From NCBI GenBank assembly GCA_963815095.1, contig CAWFFH010000003.1:608001-672000 (forward strand): a DNA stretch of 64,000 nt. The letters run 5' to 3'. Shown piece by piece: positions 40,280 through 49,544 of the stretch. Numbering within the stretch: the first letter of the stretch is position 1; the number at the start of each line of letters is the position of its first letter. The notes beneath the pieces are model-generated. The model made no database searches and was not told where the DNA came from. It saw only the letters and a list, made by a program, of their open reading frames with translations. The stretch is from Candidatus Bathyarchaeota archaeon. Its GTDB lineage: Archaea > Thermoproteota > Bathyarchaeia > Bathyarchaeales > Bathycorpusculaceae. Made by a program: the position numbers and the translations under genes.

Positions 40280-40936
40280 AGTACTTCCGCTTCGCGCCTT
40301 TACAAAATAGTGGGTTAAGTTATAAACGTTGCCATTAAAAACGCAAAAGTGATCGCAATCTCTGAAAAAGAAATTTAACAACTCTAGATTGTTTTCTTGA
40401 ATTATTAAAGAGTTTTAATTGGTTAGCTATCGCTAGAAAGGATAATTATTCTTGATATTTAAAGAATATTTGTTTAGCTTGATTGGTTTTGTTTGAGAAA
40501 AAATGGTTGAAAATTTCGTTGACCTTAAGAATTGGCATTTGTGTGCAATATTAGGTCTAGATAGTTGTTGTTTATATATTTGTTTATACATTTTGCATAT
40601 ACAACCAGATAATTTTTTAAATTATGGTATTTTTTGGGTGCTTAGGGCATCGTCTGGCTCAACCTATTAAGCCCTCATAAGGCAAAAAAGATAATTTGAG
40701 TTAGTTTTGAAAGTTGCAATACCTATGTGCAAACTCAATTGTAGCAGCAATTTCTATTCGATGTTGATTTGATTGGTTTCGGATTGGATGGTTTTTAGGG
40801 CTTTGGTGTTTGTGTGATTGAGTTAGTGTTGTGAATTTAGTTGTTTTTTATTAGGCTTGATAAAAGGAGCAAACCAAAATTTGACGCAGTTGAACTGAAA
40901 ACTCTTTTAGCCACAACACCAAATCATATGGCTGGA

Positions 40937-41062
40937 GCCGGGGTGGCGGAGTGGTTATCGCGCCAGCCTCGAGATCAAACAAAAGAGGGCTAAAGCCAGA
41001 AAATGGCAAGATAGCTGGTGGGCTTCGTGCTCGCAGGGGTTCGAATCCCTTCCCCGGCGCCA
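40937..41062 (+). tRNA. tRNA-Ser(CGA) with 39-nt intron at canonical 37/38 position (40974-41012)
   Basis: Acceptor GCCGGGG/CCCCGGC-G-CCA, anticodon stem CCAGC/GCTGG around CT-CGA-G^A, long variable arm, T loop GGTTCGAATCC. Confidence 0.9.
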
Positions 41063-41167
41063 ACAACTTACTTTTGGACAAATCCCTGGCCGCTCTGACA
41101 GGCTGGCTGTAGTTTTTAAGTTTCTCCGACCGAAAACGTACTTGTTATTTTGTTCTGAATTACTAAG

Positions 41168-41298
41168 TAGAAGTAGTCGTCCCTATGCCATATAGGAATA
41201 CTACTTCTATCTATCAGTTTCTTTGAAATAAGATCTAACTCAAGACAACGCAATCAAAGAGGTATAAGAAGAAGCGCCCCAGCAGCAACCTTCTTCTT
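41168..41298. repeat. Two inverted repeats (10-bp arms 41168-41209; 9-bp arms 41266-41298)
   Basis: tagaagtagt...cctat...atagg...actacttcta and aagaagaag...cttcttctt. Confidence 0.55.
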
Positions 41299-41362
41299 CT
41301 CTTGAAAGGGTTATAGCCGTGCTGTCTTGTGAGTGGTCCTCACGTTTACTATATCAACAGGT

Positions 41363-42349
41363 TTAACGCATGAAAGTACTGTCAGTTAGACTCTCCACCT
41401 TGAGCGTTAAGGCGTTGTCTTGAGAGATTTGCTGAAAAGAAAACCAAGCGTCTTCAACTGTTTGCTGGAGCTCATGGAGGTCAGTAGCCAACTTTTTTCC
41501 TTTAAGCGTTAAATCATAAGTTTTCGGCGTTCTTCTTTGGAACGCCAGTTTTTTACCTCTCAAATGTTTTAGGCATTCATAGGTAACCCTTAGGGAAAAA
41601 CGTGTTTGGCAAGCAAGCTTTCCAGCAGGAATTCCTTCAGTAGTAATCGCATCGTAAATTTTACGTTGGGTGATCGTCAGGGTTTCCTTGTCAGAAGCCC
41701 GAATTGTTTTGAAGAAAAAAACATATTCCCGTTCGGTTGGTGTTTTAATGAGTTGGGCTGAACGCAGGCGTTTGAGTGTCCGTGAAACGTTTCTCAGCGG
41801 GATGACTGCCTCAATTCCTTCAAACGTTTTTGGCCCAGTCAGTAAATGTTGTATTACAGCTTCTTCATAGCATTCGGAGTGAGCAGGCAACTTTAGTGCA
41901 AAATCAGGGAAGCATCCGAGCAGTTTGGTTAGGCGACCACCAAACAATGTAAGCTGATATTGGTCTACTGATTTGTTAACTAAGCCCAACGTCTCTAAAG
42001 GGCGCAGGTATTCTTCGCTGATGACTTTTAAGCTGTGATTTTGCCCACTGTTTTTTAATTCAAGCTGAAGTTGACTTGGAGAATATCTACCTTTGACGAA
42101 TGTCTGCAAAATAGTAAGTCTCGTTTCGTTTTTTAGGGCATTGAAAAGATCTTTTATGTAGTCAGGGGCATCCAAGGTTTTCCTAAGGCATCTTAGCTCG
42201 TTTTTTAACTTGTACACTCTACAGTTTGTTATACATTCTATGGGAGTTATTGGAGCGCAACTTTTACATTCTGAGTCAAGCGATTTTAGCATTTCAAAAA
42301 AGTAGCCTTCATTTTCAGTTTTTTGAATTCCTGACAGGACAGTGATCAT
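41363..42349 (-). CDS. Triple winged-HTH protein with N-terminal CxxCx7Cx3C cluster
   Basis: CKSCAPITPIECITNC; ArsR-like ALKNETRLTIL...YQLTLFG; second HTH (PKTFEGIE...VSRTLKRL); third HTH (TQRKIYDAI...YDLTLKG). Confidence 0.7.
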   Translation of the reverse strand: MITVLSGIQKTENEGYFFEMLKSLDSECKSCAPITPIECITNCRVYKLKNELRCLRKTLDAPDYIKDLFNALKNETRLTILQTFVKGRYSPSQLQLELKNSGQNHSLKVISEEYLRPLETLGLVNKSVDQYQLTLFGGRLTKLLGCFPDFALKLPAHSECYEEAVIQHLLTGPKTFEGIEAVIPLRNVSRTLKRLRSAQLIKTPTEREYVFFFKTIRASDKETLTITQRKIYDAITTEGIPAGKLACQTRFSLRVTYECLKHLRGKKLAFQRRTPKTYDLTLKGKKLATDLHELQQTVEDAWFSFQQISQDNALTLKVESLTDSTFMR

Positions 42350-42458
42350 TTTTTATTTCCCCTTTGTGGCGTTCATTTAATCGAGAGGATGGAGCCACCC
42401 GATTTTCCTCTAAAAAGTCTTAGTTTCTTTTAAGTAAAAGCGTTCTCGTCAAGGATTC

Positions 42459-42491
42459 TTGACTAAGCTTAGTCAAACTTTCTTGACTAAG
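42459..42491. promoter_or_regulatory. Operator-like array of three TTGACTAAG 9-mers in alternating orientation
   Basis: Perfect 18-bp palindrome TTGACTAAGCTTAGTCAA (42459-42476) plus a third copy at 42483-42491, between divergent genes. Confidence 0.65.
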
Positions 42492-42577
42492 AATTCATGA
42501 CTGTTTTTGAGAAGAAAAATTGCCGCTAACTGCTTATTTAGCCAAAACATCAACTACTATTTTGAAGATGTTGCTAG

Positions 42578-43165
42578 TTGTTGCCCAAACGTGTATACCT
42601 TGCAGGCCCCGAAGTCTTCCTACCCAACGCCAAAGAAATTGGGAAAGAAAAAAAAGCTCTCTGCAAAAAATACGACTTCGAAGGCGTTTTCCCCCTAGAC
42701 AATGAAGTAGATGCCAAAGATAAAACTCCAAGAGAGATTGGCTTTTGTATCAGTGCGTTAAACGAGGATTTGATTAGAAGCTGCGATTTTGTGATTGCGA
42801 ATATTACTCCGTTTAGGGGTCCGAGTGCTGATGTGGGAACGGCGTATGAAATAGGATTCGCTCACGCTTTAAGCAAAGTAGTCTTTGCGTACACCAACGT
42901 TTCCGCGCTGTTTACTGAACGCACCGTGAAAGCGGTCAACTCGCAGGTTAACCGAGACAAAGACAGAAAACTAAGAGATGCCAACGGCATGCTCATTGAA
43001 GAACTTGATTTAACCGATAACCTGATGCTAGATGGCTGCATCCACTCAAGTAGTAAACGTTTAGTGATTGAACAAGCACCCGTGGACCAATTTTTTACTT
43101 ACCTTGGTGGATTTGAAAAATGCCTAAAAGCCGCTCAAGAACTTACTGGAGCAAGTGAAATGTAA
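42578..43165 (+). CDS. Nucleoside 2-deoxyribosyltransferase family protein
   Basis: VYLAGPEVF, PFRGPSADVGTAYEIGFA, DNLML. Confidence 0.9.
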   Translation: MLPKRVYLAGPEVFLPNAKEIGKEKKALCKKYDFEGVFPLDNEVDAKDKTPREIGFCISALNEDLIRSCDFVIANITPFRGPSADVGTAYEIGFAHALSKVVFAYTNVSALFTERTVKAVNSQVNRDKDRKLRDANGMLIEELDLTDNLMLDGCIHSSSKRLVIEQAPVDQFFTYLGGFEKCLKAAQELTGASEM

Positions 43166-43306
43166 GAGTTGCCAATTAGATATTAGGATTGATAAGCAGA
43201 AAGCGAATAACGGTTTCAGAATTACGCTCTTAACATGCTTTTTTTTATTTTAGATCCGGTTTTGTACTGGCAGTTTTAAGCAGCCTTTTTCTTTAATGTT
43301 CCAAGT

Positions 43307-43612
43307 TCAACCCATTATGGTTGGGTTTATATCTTCTTCGTTGATGTGATGCATAACGTGGATTGCTAAGCCTGTTGCTGCTCCAGCAGAGAGACCCACC
43401 AGCAAGTAAGTCAACCAGTTGTAGCCTCCAATCAATCCGACAACAGCTAACGCGTCAAATCCCAGTGCAACAGCAAGGTACCCGACGCACCACATTTTCA
43501 CACTCATACCGCGGGGTTTATTGATGCCTATACCGCCAAGCATACCCAGCATGATTAAGAAACCGACTAAAGCGAAAAGTAAATTGTAATCGAAAGACAT
43601 CACGGTCACCAT
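43307..43612 (-). CDS. Small three-TM membrane protein
   Basis: Three hydrophobic segments; C-terminal IHVMHH. Confidence 0.7.
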   Translation of the reverse strand: MVTVMSFDYNLLFALVGFLIMLGMLGGIGINKPRGMSVKMWCVGYLAVALGFDALAVVGLIGGYNWLTYLLVGLSAGAATGLAIHVMHHINEEDINPTIMG

Positions 43613-43756
43613 TTATGTTGGCTATGTTCCTTTTTGGAGTTAATTAGTTTATCGAATCCACGCCTGCATTGAAGATGTACTATTCTTATGCAGTTTACAT
43701 ATCGCTAGCCTTTAATACGTTCAACTTGGAATCTTTAAGCTTCAAGGGTAAATACA

Positions 43757-45826
43757 TTGACGAACTTTGACGTTAGGCAATGCCATAAGTGGGCTCAACT
43801 CTTAGTAAGTCGCAAACAAAAATTATGCGAAGCCCAAGCCGCCATAGAAAAGCAGGATTTTGATAGTGCAAAGAAACTGTTTAACCAAATTTTCAATGGG
43901 TTCATGGGTAAACAGGCTGACCCAGGTATGGCAGGTTCACTCCTGTACCACATGGCTATGGTTACAAAAATGGAGTCAGAAACCCAAGTTCTCCTAGACG
44001 AATTAAAAGTTCAGCTGCCTAACGTATCTGTGCAGTTGGGCAAGATTTACTGTGATTTTGAATCCGATGCAAAAGAGCTGACAAGAACAGTTGCCAAGGT
44101 TCCATTGGGACTCTGTGAAGTAGCCAATGAGAGACGAATCGGTTCAGAAGAAAAAATCGCCTTATTTAACAGGCTAAAGCAAGAAAACAAAAAAGTGGAA
44201 ACCCAGCTAAACAACAAAGACCCAAAGGCTAGCGAAGCGTTCGAGAAACTCTTTGGAGATTGGGCAGAACAAATCATCCGGATGCGGCTTATCCAGGAGT
44301 ACGAAACAATCAAGGGGTTGCTGGTAACTGCTGAATTGGCTAAAACCATTGGTTTGCCAGCGCTTGAGGCAGCTATGGCACGGGTGCAAGAAAAGTTCGG
44401 TCAAGAAACGGTCAGCATCGCCCTCGATGTAACACTCAAGGTCGGGATGCCCAGAGAAAAACTGCAATCAGTCATGTTAAGCGACCACTTCATCAACATG
44501 ACCATGAGCACAGAAACCCTCGATGGAAAAATGGAGTTTTTGAATTGCCCAATCTACGGAAGTCACAAGTACGCCAACGAAAAATTCGGCATTGACCAAA
44601 AAGTTTCGGCACTGTTTTGCACCCACTTCTGTTTTGCTCACGCTAAAGCCATGCTCGACACGGTCCTTCCATTTCCGTTTACATTGTGGCAACCCAAACT
44701 CATCGCGTCCCACCAGAAATGTGAATACTACCTTAAACTGGCTCATTCACCCGAAGCCGATGCATCTCAACAGTTTGTTCCGCTGGTAATGTCTTGGAAT
44801 GTTACCCGCGAATGCAACATGAAATGCAGCCACTGCTACATAAACGCCACCGAAAAAAAACTTGCCAACGAATTGACCACTCAAGAGGGCAAAAACCTAA
44901 TGGATCAAATATGCAAGGTAAGCAAACCACTGCTTATTCTCAGCGGCGGCGAACCTCTTTTGCGTCCAGACATTTACGAGCTCATTGAGCACGGCGCTTC
45001 TAGGGGTTTGAAGATGGGTCTGGGAAGCAACGGAACTCTCATTGACGACGAGGTTGCGCACAAACTTAAGGTGGCGGGTATAACGACGGTTTCAATCAGT
45101 TTAGACTCCCATATTCCAGCGCAGCACGACGAATTCCGTGGCGTGGCGGGCGCATGGGAAAAAGCAATTAACGCTTGCAAAGCTTTAAGGAAAAACAATG
45201 TGCTTGTCCAAGTAAACACCACCTTAACCCACGAGAACTATAACCAAATCGATGACATCATGTCGTTGGCAGAAGAAATTGGCGTTGAAAACTTCCATCT
45301 TTTTTTCCTCGTACCAACTGGGCGAGGAACTAAACTAACCGATATCTCACCTCAAAAATACGAGGATATGATAACCAAAACGTTCGCCAAAGTCTCAAAG
45401 CACAAGTTAAACGTGAGACCTTCCTGTGCACCACAGTTCATGCGCATCGCCAAGGGCATGGGTTTGGATATGAGGCAATGGATTCGCGGTTGCTTAGCAG
45501 GATTATACTACTGTCGCATCTACCCCAACGGGGACGTAACCCCTTGCCCATACCTGCCAATCAAACTTGGGAACGTTCGGGAGAAAAGTTTCAAGGAAAC
45601 CTGGTTCAATTCACCCATATTCAAAGCTCTACGAGACCCGAATTCATTGAAGGGAAAGTGTGGGGTATGTGAGTATCGCTCACTTTGCGGTGGTTGTAGA
45701 GCTCGAGCATACGGACTTTCCAGCGATTTCATCGATTACTGCGGCGACCTCCATGAACCGACAGAGCTAAAAAGGGATTATTTAGCTGAAGACCCATGGT
45801 GTGTACACCAACCAAAAACCTCTTAA
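43757..45826 (+). CDS. Radical SAM/SPASM protein (AhbD/NirJ-like) with about 340-aa N-terminal extension
   Basis: WNVTRECNMKCSHCY, SGGEPLLR, RPSCAPQF, GCLAG...CPY, KCGVCEYRSLCGGCRARA, DPWC. Confidence 0.85.
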   Translation: MTNFDVRQCHKWAQLLVSRKQKLCEAQAAIEKQDFDSAKKLFNQIFNGFMGKQADPGMAGSLLYHMAMVTKMESETQVLLDELKVQLPNVSVQLGKIYCDFESDAKELTRTVAKVPLGLCEVANERRIGSEEKIALFNRLKQENKKVETQLNNKDPKASEAFEKLFGDWAEQIIRMRLIQEYETIKGLLVTAELAKTIGLPALEAAMARVQEKFGQETVSIALDVTLKVGMPREKLQSVMLSDHFINMTMSTETLDGKMEFLNCPIYGSHKYANEKFGIDQKVSALFCTHFCFAHAKAMLDTVLPFPFTLWQPKLIASHQKCEYYLKLAHSPEADASQQFVPLVMSWNVTRECNMKCSHCYINATEKKLANELTTQEGKNLMDQICKVSKPLLILSGGEPLLRPDIYELIEHGASRGLKMGLGSNGTLIDDEVAHKLKVAGITTVSISLDSHIPAQHDEFRGVAGAWEKAINACKALRKNNVLVQVNTTLTHENYNQIDDIMSLAEEIGVENFHLFFLVPTGRGTKLTDISPQKYEDMITKTFAKVSKHKLNVRPSCAPQFMRIAKGMGLDMRQWIRGCLAGLYYCRIYPNGDVTPCPYLPIKLGNVREKSFKETWFNSPIFKALRDPNSLKGKCGVCEYRSLCGGCRARAYGLSSDFIDYCGDLHEPTELKRDYLAEDPWCVHQPKTS

Positions 45827-46124
45827 GTCATAGATGTCTTTCAAAAACTTCAACAGACAGTTAATGCGGCTTTGGCAGCCCGCAAACACAGTGTTTCAGT
45901 GACTGTGGACCGCCAAACAGATATTGGAAGGCGTAAGTATGAATGGAGTCCACACCTCCCCGAATTCGACCAAAGCGGTTACGGCACCAACTCCACTTGA
46001 TATAGGGAACGTCCAAACACTCCGCAGGAACCCTTTGATTTTCAGTTTCTTTAACCTAAAAATATGCAGGTACTAGGAGGCAGCCAAGATCACACATGCT
46101 GGTCTCTCTAAAAGTTTCGTCGGA

Positions 46125-47288
46125 ATGTTCAAAGAGACCGCACTACCATGCCTCTTTGATGTCGGTGGCTTAATCGCTGGTTTTATGATTGCATTGCAGC
46201 TGGGTATTTTTCAGCTTTCACCTTGGGCAATAGCACTTTACCCAGCGGTAGTCAGTGTGAAGGGAGTTATTACGGGGTTACTCACTGGCCGTCTAAGCAC
46301 TGCTCTGCATCTAGGAACGATTTATCCCAAATTCTTTGGGAATACGAAGACATTTTACAATCTGATTGGAGCCATGGTTGTTTTGACTCTGGCAACTAGC
46401 GCAACGATCAGCGTTATTGCGCTAGGTTTTGGAACTCTATTTTGGGGAATTTCAATTACTGATTTTCCAGCTATCTTTACAGTTATGGTGGCGACCCTAT
46501 CTTTGGGGTTACTTATCACTTTGATAACAGTAAAATTCACATTTATTTCTTTCAAAAACAGTTTGGATCCTGACACCGTCGTTTACCCAGCCATCTCGAC
46601 TGTTGCAGGCATCATCATAACTTTCCTCTACATTGGAGTCTTGCACCTGTACTTTTCTGGGGCGCTTGGAAGATGGACATTAATTATTTTTGGCTTAATC
46701 AACGTGTCTCTCGTCTTAATCATCGTCCCCCGAAACATACGAGAAAAAGAGTTTCTAAAAAGTATTAAAGAATCGTTACCAACGATGCTTTTAGTCGCTT
46801 TTATGGTCAACATAACAGGAACCATTCTAAAAGGCATAAGCAACCATGCAGCTGGTCGAAAAGAAATTTACACAGTTTATCCAGCCATGATTGATATGAT
46901 GGGCGACGTGGGGTTAGTTGTGGGTTCAGCTGCAACTACAAAGCTTGCTTTAGGCGTTCTTACACCCTCTTTCTCTTCGATAAAGAATCATGCTAAAAAC
47001 ATTTTTAGCGCGTGGACTGCATCCCTTTTGATGTTTGCAGTCATAGGCCTTTTAGCTTTAAGTGTCAATGGGGTATTTTCCTGGCAGGGAATTTCAAGCT
47101 TATTACTGATACTTTTAGTTTCCAACATAATCGCTTTCGTCGCTATCGTAATCTTATCCTACGCAATTTCGATACTAACATTCAAAAAAGGCTTAGACCC
47201 AGACAACTTTGTTATTCCCGTCGGAAGCTCTCTAGCTGACGCGATCACAACCATTGCATTGTTTGTAGCTTTACTTTTGCTCTTTTAG
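46125..47288 (+). CDS. MgtE-type divalent cation transporter (duplicated membrane domain, COG1824)
   Basis: RLSTALHLG, LDPDTV, GLDPDNFVIP...SLAD. Confidence 0.85.
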   Translation: MFKETALPCLFDVGGLIAGFMIALQLGIFQLSPWAIALYPAVVSVKGVITGLLTGRLSTALHLGTIYPKFFGNTKTFYNLIGAMVVLTLATSATISVIALGFGTLFWGISITDFPAIFTVMVATLSLGLLITLITVKFTFISFKNSLDPDTVVYPAISTVAGIIITFLYIGVLHLYFSGALGRWTLIIFGLINVSLVLIIVPRNIREKEFLKSIKESLPTMLLVAFMVNITGTILKGISNHAAGRKEIYTVYPAMIDMMGDVGLVVGSAATTKLALGVLTPSFSSIKNHAKNIFSAWTASLLMFAVIGLLALSVNGVFSWQGISSLLLILLVSNIIAFVAIVILSYAISILTFKKGLDPDNFVIPVGSSLADAITTIALFVALLLLF

Positions 47289-47350
47289 CCTTAAGGCACA
47301 ATTAAAATATCCCAAGAACCCTTATCTAATAGTGGAGCGCTCCATCAAAA

Positions 47351-48547
47351 TTGCCTCAATTTGAAAAAATAAAGTACAAACCCATTCCAGTCAGGGAACT
47401 TTTGCTTGAAATGAAGAATCTCTCAGAATTAATGATTGATTTAGCTTATTCCGCTGCCTTATACAATGATAAGGACTTAGCGGAAGACGTTCTCGAATTA
47501 GAAAACAGAGTTGACTCTCTAGCATACCTTTTAGATATGGAAATCATGATTGCCGCAAGAGATGCCAAAGACGCAGAGATGCTAATTGGTGTTTCGATTG
47601 TTGCGGCTTCTACGGATAAAATTTCAGACGCAGCCGCCGACATAGCGGCCATAGTAACCCGTAACATTGGCATCCACCCAATCATAGGGGAAATCTTTCA
47701 AAAAGTAGAAGAGCGCTTAATGAAGGTAACTGTAAAAACTAACTCAGAAATTATTAATAAAACCATAGAAGAGCTTAATTTGGCGGCAAGAATGGGAGTT
47801 GACATAATTGCCATTCGAAGAACTCACGATTGGATCTTAAACCCCAATGAAACAGAAACAGTGCTCGAAGGAGACATTCTAATTACGCGTGGAGCACCAT
47901 TAGGCATTGAGGAATTCAAAGACTTAGCTGAAGGTAAACTAGCAACATTAGATACTGAAAAAAGAGCAAAATTCGAAGAAATCGTCTCAAGGTTCGTAGA
48001 ACTGAAGGATACCTCTGAGTTGATGATGGACTTAGCATATTCCTCATTGATGCTAAACAGCAAAGAGCTAGCAGAAGAAGTGGAGCAGCTTGAAGAACGC
48101 ATGGACCAGCTACACACAGACTTTGAGTTACTTGCTTTAACTAGTGATTTTAAGAAGGAAGAGGCATCAGGCTTTCTGGGATTAATTAGGTTGGGTGTTG
48201 CGACTGAAAAGATTGCTGATGCAGCAGCAGATATGGCGGAGGTAGTTTTAAGGGGAATTGAACCACACCCAATTTTGAAGTTAACTATTAAGGAAGCGGA
48301 AGAAACGGTTGCTCAAGCTTGTGTTACGACGGATTCTCCGCTTGTTGGCAAAACACTCAAGGAAGCGAGAGTGCATGAGGAAACGGGGATGTGGGTTTTA
48401 GTTATAAAAAGGAACGATAAGTGCCTGCGCCCTCGTGGAGAATCGAAAATTGAGTCAGGCGACGTGCTGGTGGCGTCTGGTTACGCCGAGGGTGCAGACG
48501 CTTTAAAGCGGCTTGCTTCTCCAACCCAAACATGCAGTATAGAATGA
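47351..48547 (+). CDS. Tandem (PhoU-TrkA_C)x2 protein (COG3273-like)
   Basis: Internal repeat EMKNLSELMIDLAYSA / ELKDTSELMMDLAYSS, each followed by an RCK_C domain (GVDIIAIRR / GMWVLVIKR). Confidence 0.85.
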   Translation: MPQFEKIKYKPIPVRELLLEMKNLSELMIDLAYSAALYNDKDLAEDVLELENRVDSLAYLLDMEIMIAARDAKDAEMLIGVSIVAASTDKISDAAADIAAIVTRNIGIHPIIGEIFQKVEERLMKVTVKTNSEIINKTIEELNLAARMGVDIIAIRRTHDWILNPNETETVLEGDILITRGAPLGIEEFKDLAEGKLATLDTEKRAKFEEIVSRFVELKDTSELMMDLAYSSLMLNSKELAEEVEQLEERMDQLHTDFELLALTSDFKKEEASGFLGLIRLGVATEKIADAAADMAEVVLRGIEPHPILKLTIKEAEETVAQACVTTDSPLVGKTLKEARVHEETGMWVLVIKRNDKCLRPRGESKIESGDVLVASGYAEGADALKRLASPTQTCSIE

Positions 48548-48632
48548 TTCGAAATCCTTAGTTTGGATACATTAACACTATAAGGCAGCGACGTCTATTG
48601 TAAGCATATTAAGCGTTCAGGGTGGTTCAGAA

Positions 48633-49007
48633 ATGGGGGAAAAAAAAATGTTTACTTGCCAAAACCCTTCTTGCAAAAAAAGTTTTACTGCACCCCTTAA
48701 AACTTTGAACCTGCAGAAAAACCCGACTGAGCCATATTTCGCTTGCCCTTATTGTCTAACTCAAATAAAAGAAATAGAAGAAACTCTGGAAACAGGCAAA
48801 AGCCCTCAAGAAAAACAACCTGAAAAAATTCGCCTGAAAATAAATCAAGTTGAAACCATAGAAAAAACCAAAAATGACGATAAGTCATTAGATTGTCATC
48901 ATTACCATGGCTTCTTAAGTGAGCGTTCCTCGAAAGAGCAAATTCCCGATGAATGCCTTGTCTGCAAGGATATCGTTGAATGTATGTTAAGAAAGATGCG
49001 TGCATAA
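48633..49007 (+). CDS. Small Cys/His-rich putative Zn-binding protein
   Basis: CQNPSC...CPYC and CHHYHGFL...PDECLVCKDIVEC. Confidence 0.75.
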   Translation: MGEKKMFTCQNPSCKKSFTAPLKTLNLQKNPTEPYFACPYCLTQIKEIEETLETGKSPQEKQPEKIRLKINQVETIEKTKNDDKSLDCHHYHGFLSERSSKEQIPDECLVCKDIVECMLRKMRA

Positions 49008-49103
49008 CAATCAAAAAATTTTTCTAAGTATCCTTTGCATTTACGGGAAAATTATAATTAAAAAAACTGAAAAAGAGAATCATAAGAAAAGATTGAAGTT
49101 AGT

Positions 49104-49466
49104 TTACTTCTTTTTCTTTGCTGTTGGTTTATCTTCGGTTGGAGGCTCTTCAGTTGACTTTGCTGGTTCGGATTCTGTTTTTGATTCTTCTTTCTTCTCT
49201 TCGATTTCAGTTGTGATTTCTTCGATTGGTTTTGGAGGCGGTGTTGTTGCCATAGTCCATCCGATCCATGCGCCTATGAACATTATAGCTACGAAAGCTA
49301 CAAAGACTGGCACTGCGATCACCCAGAATTGGACGTTAGCAGTGTTGCTAAGTAGACCGATAGAGACTAGCCAAGTTGGATAGAATAGTGTGACGATGTA
49401 GAGTAGTGCAACAATTACGCAGACAGCGAGTATTGCTCCACCTATTGATTGATCTTTGCTAACCAT
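49104..49466 (-). CDS. Conserved archaeal two-TM protein
   Basis: SKDQSIG, WIGWTMATTPPPKPIEEI, charged tail. Confidence 0.8.
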   Translation of the reverse strand: MVSKDQSIGGAILAVCVIVALLYIVTLFYPTWLVSIGLLSNTANVQFWVIAVPVFVAFVAIMFIGAWIGWTMATTPPPKPIEEITTEIEEKKEESKTESEPAKSTEEPPTEDKPTAKKKK

Positions 49467-49544
49467 TTAGTGATTCACCACTTTATAGCCATGTATTCGC
49501 TTAATCAATTTAAAGTTTGTCATGTTTTTTAAACTCTCGATTGA

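Noticed and set aside
40380-40930. Long AT-rich non-coding region as a second origin or ncRNA
   Set aside because: No ORB-like boxes or stable stems were seen; it is explained by divergent promoters of the L3 operon and the tRNA plus decayed sequence.
45827-46000. 58-codon open frame continuing past the radical SAM TAA (readthrough or RiPP precursor)
   Set aside because: TAA is not a recoded stop, there is no convincing start or RBS, and an open frame of this length can occur by chance. No SRP or RNase P motifs were seen either.
41063-46100. Integrated mobile element at tRNA-Ser
   Set aside because: The genes look accessory, but I found no integrase or transposase and no duplicated tRNA 3' end (att site) by eye.
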